Shown in pieces: positions 37,524 through 48,100 of a DNA stretch of 64,000 bases. Made by a program: the position numbers and the translations under genes. The stretch is from an uncultured delta proteobacterium. GTDB lineage: Bacteria; Desulfobacterota; Desulfobacteria; Desulfobacterales; Desulfatirhabdiaceae. Under the pieces are notes generated by a model. That model did no database searches, was not told the DNA's origin, and saw only the letters and a program-made list of their open reading frames with translations. The stretch covers positions 390,816 to 454,815 of the forward strand of contig CAWBKP010000014.1 of assembly GCA_963789395.1 (NCBI GenBank). The letters are read 5' to 3'. Position 1 is the first letter of the stretch, and each line of letters starts with the position of its first letter.

Positions 37524-39144
37524 TTATCGATGCGCTTTATTGCGGATGCTGAAATCCGGATATGCGGTCACCGCCACTTCGCTTTGATCGAGCCCTGCCA
37601 GTTCCATTTCCTCGGAAACCCGCAGCGGAACAATCTTGTCAAGAATTTTAAAGAAGACATACATGACGATAAAGACAAAGACGATATTGGTCGCAATGCC
37701 GATAAGCTGGGCGATCAACTGGGATGCGTCGCCATAAAACAGTCCCTTGACCGTTCCGGTCACACCGTTAAGATTATCGCCGTAGGTTCCATCCGCAAAA
37801 AGCCCCAGCGCCAAAATGCCCCATGCGCCATTGACCCCGTGAACCGACACCGCGCCGACCGGATCATCAACCTTCATGACCCGTTCCACAAAGAACACGC
37901 TGATGCAGAGGATGATGCCGGCGATGGCGCCGATAATCACCGCTGAAACCGAATTGACAAATGCACACGGCGCCGTGATGGCGACCAAGACCGGCCAGAA
38001 AGCCGTTGGCGATCATGGAAATGTCCGGCTTGCCGTAGCGGACCCACATATAGGCCATGGATGAAAAGGCCGCTGCTGCGGATGCCAGCATGGTGTTGAC
38101 CGCGACAACGCCGATTCTCAGATCGCCGCCGGCCAGCGAAGATCCCGCATTGAACCCGAACCACCCGAACGCAAGGATGAAACATCCGGTCAATGCCATG
38201 GGAATGTGATGCCCCGGCAGGGCGTTAGGCGTGCCGTCGGCCCGGAATTTGCCCAGCCGCGGGCCCAGAACCATGGCGCCTGCAAGCGCCGCCACGCCGC
38301 CGGTCATGTGTACGACCGATGACCCCGCAAAATCCACATGACCATGTCCGAGGGCAAAATTCTTGCCCAGCTGTGACAGCCAGCCGCCGCCCCATACCCA
38401 GTTGGCATACAGCGGGTAGACAATGCCGGCGATAAAGAACCCGTAAATCACAAAGGATTTGAAGGTCCAGCGCTCCGCCATGGACCCGGTCGGAATGGTG
38501 GCCGTGGTATCCATGAACACCATCTGAAAAAGAAAGATTGAAAAGACGACGGCATCATAGGTAACGCCGGAAAGGAAAAACCCTTTGGTTCCGAACAGCC
38601 CGAACTCTTTTCCGAAAAGATTTATCGCAAATTCGCCGTTCAGAACCGTTCCCCCGCCAAGAGAGGCAACCCCTCCGACGCCGCCCATTTGAATGGCGAA
38701 TCCGCAGATCCAGTATCCCAGCATGCCAACGGCATAAACCATGAAATTCATCGCCATGGTATGGCCGGCATTCTTGGCCTGCGTGAAGCCCGTTTCCGCA
38801 AGGGCGAACCCGGCCTGCATGAACATGACCAGAAAACCGCAGATAAGCATCCAGACCATATTGATGGCGATCCGGTTATGACCGATCACATCCGCCAGCT
38901 TAACGGCAAGGGGCTCGCTGGCCGCAAAATTTTTCATGTCATCTGCTGTCGGGGCGCCGGTGGTTGCGCCAATCACATCGGCGACACCGCCGGTGCTCGT
39001 GCCCGATGGATCCGGCACCGGGTCCGGCGCCTGAACAGCCGGGGCTGTCTCTTCTGCGCCAGCAAATGACGGGGTGCAGCAAAAACCGATACATACAAGC
39101 AACATCATGATGAACACTGTTTGCAGACCATTTCTTCTTTTCAT
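37524..39144 (-). CDS. amtB: Second ammonium transporter (frameshift ~37990)
   Basis: FMQAGFALAETG, FQMVF, DFAGSSVVH, FGWFGFNAGS, DDPVGAVSVHG. Confidence 0.95.
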
Positions 39145-39205
39145 GTGAGTCTCCTCTTATGTTTCGTGTGAAATTTTGTACATTGCAACGTGACAGCTCC
39201 CTATA

Positions 39206-39221
39206 AGCAACTTCAGTGCCA
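39206..39221 (-). promoter_or_regulatory. sigma54 promoter of amtB2
   Basis: Minus strand TGGCAC-TGAAG-TTGCT; TACA-ATTA-TGTT (39279) and TACG-TTTT-TGTA (39308) lie upstream. Confidence 0.85.
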
Positions 39222-39600
39222 ATCAATAACATACTGTATATTATAACTATATTACATTATATGCTTGCATATTTATATTACAATTATGTTGTATTATATC
39301 TAATTACTACGTTTTTGTATTTTTTTATTGGCGGCATCGAGAGATTCCGGGAAAATCCTGCGGATAAAAAGAAGAGGCTTAACGGAAAATGAGCGGGGAA
39401 ACCCGGCAACGTGAGGCTGAAAACCCTCCTGGCAGATTCGATATATTACTGCAAAAAATGAAAAAATATTCGTCAACACGCCATGGCTGTGATATTCTTT
39501 ATTAAAGAGCATCATGACATGAAAAACACGTACTGATCGGAACTGATATGAACGCTATCCGCCATAACGGGACAAAGAGACTTCGTCCGAAAGAAGACCG

Positions 39601-40434
39601 ATGATCGAGATTTCCGGACTGACGAAAAATTACGGGAAAATACGGGCGCTGGACAATCTGTCGCTTTCGATAAAGAGCGGCGAGGTGTTCGGGCTGCTGG
39701 GGCCGAACGGCGCAGGCAAGACAACCACCATCAAGCTGCTCACGGCACTCAGCAGGCCGGATGCCGGCAGTTGCAGAATCGACGGCCTGGATGTGGAAAA
39801 AGACGCCTTTGAGATCAAAAAGAAAATCGGCGTGGTGCCACAGGAAAACAATCTCGACAGGGAGCTTACGGCCCATGAGAACCTGCTGATCTACGGGATG
39901 CTCCATCGTGTTCCGGAAAGGGAAAGAAAGATAAGCGAGGCGCTAAAGATGGTGGGACTGTGGGACAGGAAAGATTCGGTTGTAACGGGCTTTTCCGGCG
40001 GCATGAAGCGAAGGCTTCTCATCGCCAGGGCGCTGTTGCCCGAGCCTTCCGTTCTCTTTCTGGATGAGCCGTCCATCGGCCTCGATCCCCAGATCAGGCG
40101 GCAGATGTGGGAGGTTATCCGAAAAACGCGGATCGACGGCAGGACGGTCATTATTACCACCCATTACATCGAAGAGGCCGAAGTCCTGTGCGACAGGGTC
40201 TGCATTCTTTTCAAAGGAAGGCTGATCGCTCTGGACACCCCGGGCAATCTCAAAAGCAGCGTCGGAGAATATATCGTGGAATTTATTGATGCCGAAGGCA
40301 GGCTGGTTCAGGACATCTGCAGAAGCCGGGATGAGGCGCATGAAATCGCCAAACTGAAAAACAGCAGCGTGACCGTTCGAAAATCCAATCTTGAAGATGT
40401 CTTTATCAAACTCACCGGAGGGCGCATCGAATGA
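39601..40434 (+). CDS. ABC-2 exporter ATP-binding protein
   Basis: GPNGAGKT, FSGGMKRR, LFLDEP. Confidence 0.93.
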   Translation: MIEISGLTKNYGKIRALDNLSLSIKSGEVFGLLGPNGAGKTTTIKLLTALSRPDAGSCRIDGLDVEKDAFEIKKKIGVVPQENNLDRELTAHENLLIYGMLHRVPERERKISEALKMVGLWDRKDSVVTGFSGGMKRRLLIARALLPEPSVLFLDEPSIGLDPQIRRQMWEVIRKTRIDGRTVIITTHYIEEAEVLCDRVCILFKGRLIALDTPGNLKSSVGEYIVEFIDAEGRLVQDICRSRDEAHEIAKLKNSSVTVRKSNLEDVFIKLTGGRIE

Positions 40435-41180
40435 AACAGCCTGGATGGTACCCCATATTTCTGCGCGAGATGCTGCTTTTCCGCCGAAAGCTGTTAAAAC
40501 TCGGCTATCTTTTTTCCGCAATGATCTCGCCGGTCATCTACCTGATCGCCTTCGGATTCGGCCTGGGCAAAAGCGTTCAGATCAGCGGCAATACCGGATA
40601 CCTGAGCTTTCTGATTCCGGGCCTGGTCGCAATGAGCTCCATGAACAATTCCTATACCTGGGTCTCTTCCGCCCTGAACCTCAACAGGCTGTATTTCAAA
40701 ACGTTCCAGGTTTTCGTTCAGTCGCCCATAAGCCCCTCCTCCATCATGATCGGCGAGGTCATGGCCGGCATGGTCAAAGGGCTGTTTGCATCCTCTCTGA
40801 TCATCATCGTCGGGTTTGTGTCATCACGCGAGTTTTCAATCAATATGGTGTTTATCACCGCCCTGATTTTAAACTGCTTTCTGTTTGCAAGCCTTGGCGT
40901 CATCACCGGCATGCGCACAAAATCCCACGAAGACACGGCAACCTACACCAATTTTTTCATCATGCCCATGGCTTTTTTCAGCGGGACATTTTTCCCCGTG
41001 GACAAAATGCCGGTGGTGATCAAGTCGGTGATTTACATGATGCCGCTGACGCACACCAATATTCTGATACGAAAACCGCAGCTTGACCCCGCCGGACTGA
41101 TCTCGCTCTGCGTGCTGCTGGCCTATGCCGCTGCATTCTTTGTTTACGGATCATGGCTGATCAAGCAATACAGCGAATAG
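40431..41180 (+). CDS. ABC-2 exporter permease
   Basis: About 6 TM, FLIPG, FFSGTFFP..PLTH; overlaps the ATPase stop. Confidence 0.9.
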   Translation: MKQPGWYPIFLREMLLFRRKLLKLGYLFSAMISPVIYLIAFGFGLGKSVQISGNTGYLSFLIPGLVAMSSMNNSYTWVSSALNLNRLYFKTFQVFVQSPISPSSIMIGEVMAGMVKGLFASSLIIIVGFVSSREFSINMVFITALILNCFLFASLGVITGMRTKSHEDTATYTNFFIMPMAFFSGTFFPVDKMPVVIKSVIYMMPLTHTNILIRKPQLDPAGLISLCVLLAYAAAFFVYGSWLIKQYSE

Positions 41181-41388
41181 GGGCTTCAGACAGATAGAAT
41201 CGGTGTGTTTCCGATAACAAAAACAATGGAATTTAACCTGCTGAAACTCTTGGCAGCATCCCGATGAACCTGGAACGTTCTGAATCCTGTTCCTTTTTTA
41301 TAAAAATGATGATACTGGCTGGTCAGATTCAACATTACAGTAACCATTCGGGCTGCATGTCGTCACCTCATTAGAAAAGAGGATAGAA

Positions 41389-41860
41389 ATGAAAAGAATA
41401 CTGTTTTTTTTGTTTTCAACCGTTTTTTCTGTCACGTTGGGGCTGACTGTGGTTCAAGCAAAAGACCTTATCGTCTATCCGGCCGAGGGCCAGAGCCAAG
41501 AGACAATGGAGGCGGATCAGCTTGAATGCCGCAACTGGGCCAACCTGCAGACCGGCTTCGACCCCAAGACAGCCAAATCTTCTCCGTCGTCGGGTTCCCA
41601 GTCAAGTGTCGGAAAAGGGGTGGTCACAGGCGGTGCGGTCGGTGCGGTTGGAGGGCTTGCAATCGGCTCCCTGTCGGGCAACGCGGGAAAGGGGGCAGCC
41701 ATCGGCGCAGTGGGCGGGGGCATCGTCGGGGGATTGAGCGCCAAAAAACAAGCAGGATAAGGCCCGGCAGGAACAACAGCGGAATTATCAGAAAAGGCTG
41801 GACGAATATAACCGTGCCCGCAAGGCATGCCTTACCGGGCGCGGTTACACCGTCCAGTGA
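41389..41860 (+). CDS. Exported glycine-zipper protein (frameshifted ~41755)
   Basis: Signal peptide, YPAEGQS..DQLEC..WA, GAVGAVGG repeats, ACLTGRGYTVQ end in another frame. Confidence 0.75.
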
Positions 41861-41980
41861 CCCCCGGTTCACCCGCATCCCTGCGTTTTACAGGCGCTGC
41901 AGATTCCCATTTGAGTGACGGGTCGGCCTTAAGCGCAGGCGGAACCTGCAGAGGGGACTAGGCGCCGTGCCAGAGCGCCA

Positions 41981-43672
41981 TCATGACGGAGGGAGCGATG
42001 AATTGACGATTTTCTCGAGAATCACCTTGGTAATCATGTAGGTCGGCTTGATCCCTTCGTCTCCCATGCTGCCGGATGCCAGGGTCTGTCCGCTGATCAG
42101 GGGATTGTCCGAGGCATAATAGGCATAGCGCAGCTTGACGTTGGGGGAAATATGACCCCGGATATTGGCCGCGCTGATGGCCCGCTGATAATGCCCCCCC
42201 TCCATTTCAAGGCCGATCGCTTTCCAGCTGGTGGTCTGAAATTTTTCCAGAACATCCCGGTTCTGAAGGGATGTGCCCAGAACCGTGACGATGGGCCCGA
42301 CGTAGACAGCCACGGAATCATCGAAATCGGTTTTATCCAGGTCGTTCTGCACCAGGTAGTTGTGGGGGGTTCCTTCCATCACGTGGGCTGTCGGGAGCAT
42401 GATATCGCCTTTTGCGCCCGGAAGAATGCCGGCCTTTCCCATGATGGATATGGAGCAGACCTGAATGCCCGGCTTCTCGTGAAATTTTGCCAACAGCTCA
42501 TCCATGACCTCATAGGCCTGGGTGCCGAACGCATAATCGATGACAAGAAGCACCGGCCGGCTGTCTTTCAGGTTCTGTCTGTCCATGTGAAGCTCGGGAT
42601 GGAACATGATCTGCTCCAGCTTTGCCATATCGATAATCTGGGCATGAATCAGCATTTCGGATGTGTCCGGCATGTCATAAAACCCGTGAGCTGCCGCATG
42701 TTCCCGGATCAGTTCGCTTTTGTCCCGGCACGTTTGCAGAAACCGGTAAAGATCGCCGTCGGGTTTTTCCCTGCAGTCGCCGCAGACCGCATCATACCCA
42801 TACAATAGATTGATGGCGCTGTGCATGTTGGCGCTGATAATATGCAGGGGACGGTTCTCAAGCCCGATTTCACAGAGTTTGTTCTTGATGTTTTCCGCCC
42901 ACTGGGGCCCGTAGAGATGATGGCCGATCATGCTCTGAAGGGCCGGGGTGAAATAAATCAGCAGTTCGTCATCGCGGCATGCGTGTTCCCGTTCAACGCG
43001 TTTTCCCAGGCGGTAGATGATCTGAAACAGGCTGTTGTTGCATGCGCAGGATTTGCGGTTTTCATCCAGATACGCATAGCTGTCCTTGGTTTCCTGATAG
43101 GTTCTTCCCAGAAAAATGCTCAGGTTCCAGATGGCCTGATCCAGCTGCTGGTCGGTAAGCGTGTCTTCCCGGGAAACGATCCGCTCCAGCTCCTTCCAGC
43201 CGCTGGTGTATTCACCATCGGGATCTTTCATCTGATGGAATATTTTCCCCGCCTCGATGTTCAAAAATGTGATGTGTGTCAGCACGTCGTATATCTCGCT
43301 GAGCCCGGTGGTAATGACAAAGCACATTTCATTTTCACTGACCCGGTAGGACAGGCGCCGGCGTTTGTTCGGCTGAATTTTTTCAAAGGACGTGTGCTCG
43401 AAGGCTTCATGTGCGGTCAGAACGATCCGGGTGCAGTCTTCAATCCCCCTGGGAAGGCGGTCCAGAATGTATTCCAGGCCCTTGATCTCGATGCTGCGCG
43501 GGTCATTCATGGTGCCGTAGATTTCCGGACTCAGGTCCCGAAGCGCCGTCTCAAGCGCCTGGCCGGCAGTGCCGGAGGGTTTGTAATTGCCGTGTATGAT
43601 CATGGCATCGGCAACGACTTTAAAGGCCCGAATCGCAAGCCTGCTCATATGCGCTCTGCTGAATGACTCCAT
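41981..43672 (-). CDS. Conserved protein (DUF6909-like; nucleoside-phosphorylase-like C-terminus)
   Basis: IISANMHS, IDYAFG.QA, MGKAG, GTSLQN, GLEMEG, YYASDNP. Confidence 0.7.
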   Translation of the reverse strand: MESFSRAHMSRLAIRAFKVVADAMIIHGNYKPSGTAGQALETALRDLSPEIYGTMNDPRSIEIKGLEYILDRLPRGIEDCTRIVLTAHEAFEHTSFEKIQPNKRRRLSYRVSENEMCFVITTGLSEIYDVLTHITFLNIEAGKIFHQMKDPDGEYTSGWKELERIVSREDTLTDQQLDQAIWNLSIFLGRTYQETKDSYAYLDENRKSCACNNSLFQIIYRLGKRVEREHACRDDELLIYFTPALQSMIGHHLYGPQWAENIKNKLCEIGLENRPLHIISANMHSAINLLYGYDAVCGDCREKPDGDLYRFLQTCRDKSELIREHAAAHGFYDMPDTSEMLIHAQIIDMAKLEQIMFHPELHMDRQNLKDSRPVLLVIDYAFGTQAYEVMDELLAKFHEKPGIQVCSISIMGKAGILPGAKGDIMLPTAHVMEGTPHNYLVQNDLDKTDFDDSVAVYVGPIVTVLGTSLQNRDVLEKFQTTSWKAIGLEMEGGHYQRAISAANIRGHISPNVKLRYAYYASDNPLISGQTLASGSMGDEGIKPTYMITKVILEKIVNSSLPPS

Positions 43673-43699
43673 CTGTTTCTCCTTTTAAAAACCGGTTAA

Positions 43700-43795
43700 A
43701 AACCGTGAGGGCGTGAGCGCGTCAGGGCGTGAAATGGCTCTCCGCTCTCCGCCCTCACGCTCTCACGCTCTCACGCCCTCACGCCCTCACGGTTT
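43700..43795. repeat. Inverted octamer tandem repeat (CGTGAGGG / CCCTCACG)
   Basis: 3-4 forward units and 5 reverse units, bounded by AAACCG..CGGTTT. Confidence 0.8.
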
Positions 43796-44552
43796 AAACG
43801 GCGCTTGCGCCGCCGTCCACCATCAGCACCTGTCCGGTGACGTACCGCGCGGCATCGGAACATAAGAAAAGCACGGGCCAGGCCACATCCAGGGGTTCGG
43901 CAAGCCTTCCCAGGGGAATGGTCCCGACAATCCGGTCGTGAAGGCCGGGATCCGACCAGAACATCTGGCTGAACCGGGTTTTCACCATTCCGGGGGCAAC
44001 GGCATTGACCTGAACATCCGGCGCCAGCTCCTGGGCCAGCACCCGCGTCATCATTTCGATGCCGGCCTTGGCAATTCCGTAGACGCCCATGGCAGGGGCC
44101 GACCTTCTTGCGGCAAGAGACGAGATGCTGACGATTTTACCGCTTTTCTGACCTCTCATGATCTGACCGGCTTTGCGGGAGCATAAAAACGCGGCATCCA
44201 GATTGGATTCGATGATTTTCCGCCACACGGCCGGATCCGCATCCACCACGGTGGTGATCAGATTCATGCCCACATTGTTGATCAGGACATCGATTCTTCC
44301 AAAAACATCCAGGGTGCGCTCAAACAGCAAGGCCACCTCCTCGGGTTTGGCTGCGTGCGCCTGAACCGTCAGCAGCCGGCCGCCGGCATTCAGCATGGCA
44401 GCGGCAGCATCCAGTCCTTCCTGTTTTCTGCCGCAGATGCTCACCCTGGCTCCCTGCTCCAGAAACAGTTTTGCAATTTCCAGTCCGATTCCCCGGCTGC
44501 CGCCGGTAACCAGCACGTTTTTGTCTTCAACGCCAAAGGATATGCCGCTCAT
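43794..44552 (-). CDS. Classical SDR oxidoreductase
   Basis: TGGSRGIG, NNVG, YGIAK, VNAVAPG, VDGG; ATG 44552. Confidence 0.93.
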   Translation of the reverse strand: MSGISFGVEDKNVLVTGGSRGIGLEIAKLFLEQGARVSICGRKQEGLDAAAAMLNAGGRLLTVQAHAAKPEEVALLFERTLDVFGRIDVLINNVGMNLITTVVDADPAVWRKIIESNLDAAFLCSRKAGQIMRGQKSGKIVSISSLAARRSAPAMGVYGIAKAGIEMMTRVLAQELAPDVQVNAVAPGMVKTRFSQMFWSDPGLHDRIVGTIPLGRLAEPLDVAWPVLFLCSDAARYVTGQVLMVDGGASAV

Positions 44553-45199
44553 GAAATGCCCTTTCACCGTTCGTTTTTTGTCTGTTGATTCCGTTTCCGC
44601 CCCTGCCTGCCGCCGCTTCTGAAAAATCCCTTGTTGCTTACTATTAAGAGAACCGCTGTCGGGAGTCAATAAGAATCCCCGCCCGGCATGATGTCTCCTT
44701 TTATCCCCCGCTTTCTCGTATGCCCGCCGGAAAAGGGATCGGTTTCATGTCCGAGGGTGACGCCACGCTAAAAAAATATTGACTATTTTCTGACTGAAAT
44801 GGTAACGATGACAGCATCAGATGTTGAAATTTTAGGCTTATCCCATATTTTTCATTATTAACAGGCGCTTTCCGAGTCGGAACGCTTTTCCGGTGCATCG
44901 GTAACGCCCTCTCTCATTCCGATCCGGAGCAGGCTCCCTGCGTTCGGATGCCAACAGTACCGGCTTGAATCTGCGGGAGAAACGGGCGCTTTTTCTCTCC
45001 ACCCTCGCGGTGCCCTTGCCTTCACCTTCGACCCGGCCCGCAACAAGCCGAAATGGCGATGGGAACGCCCTGATGTTTAAATCCGGGTGCAACCCTGCCG
45101 GTGCTTCTGAAAAATGAATACGGCTTCTTTCCTGATCGCGCCAGAGCCTATGCCTGGGTTCTTCCGTCTGCAAGGCCTTCAGGAGAAAGGATCCCTGCC

Positions 45200-48100
45200 A
45201 TGATCACCCTGAAAATTGAAGCGGACAAGGTTTCTACGAATGTTGTCGCCGGATGGGAATTCGACTCCTTCACGTTGTCCACGGCCTTTCGTGGAAAAGA
45301 CGAAGCGACCCGCTCGCTGGATGTGCCGCCCGACACCGTCCTTGAGCTGGAGCTGTCCGACGGCACGCGACTGCTGGTGGCGGCTGAGGATGCCGGGCGA
45401 TATCTGGGAAAATCCAACGGTCGCGGGGAGGGCGCATCGGAGGAGATCGCCGTGGGACCGGCCCTTCGCCTGTCCGGCGCTCACCTGCCGGCCGGCCCGT
45501 CCCGGCAAGGGCCGGGCGCCTGGATGCTCAAATCCCTCAAGGTGTTCAAGGCCGGCCCTGCGGGAATGACGGCCCTTGCCGCAGCAGGCAGCTACCAGGA
45601 CAGCCGGCTTGAACATCGCACCGGCCTGTTCCGGTGCGCCACCGATCGATGGGCGCTTTCACCGGTCGATTCTTTTCCGGCCACGGCCGAGCCGGTGCTG
45701 CTCCTGATCCATGGCACGGCTTCGTCCGCAGAAGGCAGTTTTAAAGATCTCTGGCAGGACAACTACCTTCGGCGGATCGTTACCGCATACGGCACTCGGG
45801 TCTATGCTTTCGAGCACCGCAGCCTCACCGAAAGCCCCATCGCCAATACGCTTGACCTGGTCAAAACCCTGCCCCATGGCGCGGTCCTTCACCTGGTGAG
45901 CCATTGCCGGGGCGGCATGGTGGGCGAGCTGCTGGCGCGGAGCAGCGTATTCATCCGGGATAACCAGAGCGACGCAGACCCTTTCAGCGAAGGAGAAATC
46001 CGCCGGTTTCTGGAACACGCCGAGCATTCGGGTCGAAAAGGCTTTGATGCCGAAGCCGACCGGCTTCGGGAACTGAACCGGGAGCTGAAGGCGCGCAACA
46101 TTCGCGTGGCGCGTTTCGTGCGCGTGGCCTGCCCGGCGAGGGGCACGACCCTGGTTTCGGGGCGCCTGGACCGCTGGGCCAGTGTCATGCTGAATCTTCC
46201 GGGAAAGGGGCTGGATGCAGCCGGCAATGCCGTACCCGGCCTGATACCGGTGGCCAGGGGCTGGGACCTGCTTCAGAATTTCCTGCTTGCCGTTGTCAAA
46301 GCGCGCTGCGATGCCCGTATTCTTCCCGGACTGGAGGCCATGATGCCCGACTCCCCCCTGGTGGCGCTTTTAAACACCCCGGGTATCGAGGTCGAACCTC
46401 CGCTTCACATTTTGGCCGGCGATTATCAGGGGGACGGCATCCTCTCCTGGCTGGGAGATTGCCTGTCCGAAGCCTTCTACGGCGGCCGGACCGATCTGGT
46501 GGTGAACACCCCGTCAATGAGCGGGGGGGCGGCCAGGCAAAGGGCATCTGGGAAAAATTTCTGGCAGGACCCCTGGTGCACCATCTCAGCTATTTCCGGC
46601 GCGATGAAAGCGCGCTGCCTCTCTTTGCCGCGCTGGAAGGAGACGATCGGCCCTTTGCGCCGCTGCCCGGTCCATCCCGGGTCTTTATCAGCCGCGGCGG
46701 GCGCCAGACCATTCCCAGGCCGGACGCCCCCATCGCCTTCCTGCTTCCGGGCATCATGGGCAGCCACATCCAGGTCGGCAGTAACCGGATCTGGTTTGAC
46801 CCCATCAGTCTGATTGCCGGGGACATGGCACGTATCGGCATCGGCGCAGCGAACATCACACCGGATGGCTGGCTGGATCTTACCTATGCTTCCCTTGCCC
46901 GGCATCTGGCTGAAACCCATGAGGTGCGCCCGTTTGCCTATGACTGGCGGTTGTCCATTCAGGAGGCTGCGGCCGGGTTCGGCCGGGAACTCGACAAGGC
47001 CATGCAGGCCGCCGAATCCCGGGGCAAGCCCCTTCGCATTGTCGCCCATTCCATGGGCGGCCTGGTGGCCCGGCTCGCCATGAAGGAACGGTGGGGCAGA
47101 TTCAAGGCCATTCCGGGAAGCCGCCTGCTGCAGCTGGGAACGCCCAACCAGGGGTCCCATTCCATTGCCGCGGTTCTGCTGGGCCGGGATGACTTCGTGC
47201 AGATGATTGAGCGATGGGTTGACTGGAAACACGACATGCGGGCGTTTTTAGGCATTGTCCGCGACTTTCCGGGGGTTCTGGAGCTGTTGCCCTGGCCCGG
47301 AACCGGCGGACAGGCTGCGGACGGTGTGGACTATTTCGATCCCTTGACCTGGCAGGACTGGTTCTCCCGGGATCCGGAGGCCGGAAAAGGCAAGGGATGG
47401 CAGCCGCCCCGGGCCGGGCCGCTGCAGGCGGCCCGCGATGCCGTCACCGCCTTGATGGCGGCTGATCTGGATCCGGAAGCCACGCGTTACGTAGCCGGCT
47501 CCGGAGAAACGCCGGTTGCGATCCGGCTGGAAAGCGGCCGGATCGAAATCGGCTGGGTCAGCGAGGGCGATGGCCGGGTGCCATGGAAGACGGGCATACC
47601 GCCCGGTGTCCGGGTCTGGTACGCAAGGGCGGCGCATGGGGATCTGCCCAGGCTGGCATCCGCGTTCAGCGCTTATATGGAAATCCTCGAAACAGGGGCC
47701 ACCCGCCGGTTGCCCGAAGCGCCGTCCGTCAGCAGAGGGGCCGCGGCTCCGCTGTTCCGCCCGCGCGCCCTGGCCGCACACACCCTGTATCCCAGCCAAG
47801 AAGAAGTGCTTTCGGCCGCCACGGGCGGTGCGCGCCCCGGCCGGCTCCGGAGCGTCACGGTTTTTCCGGCGGTGATCGAGGTGTTCCACGGGAGCCTTGC
47901 ACAAGCCGAATCGCCGGTGATGGTCGGCGCCTATGCCAACGATTCCCTGCGCGGCAGCGCCCTTTTTCTAAACCGCCATCTGGACGGGCGCATGGCACGC
48001 GCCTTCATGCTCGGGTGTTACCCGGGACAGCCCGAGGAAGCGGCGGTTTTTTTTCACCCCGCTCCGGGGCAAAAGCCAGGCGGCGCCATTGTCGTGGGAC

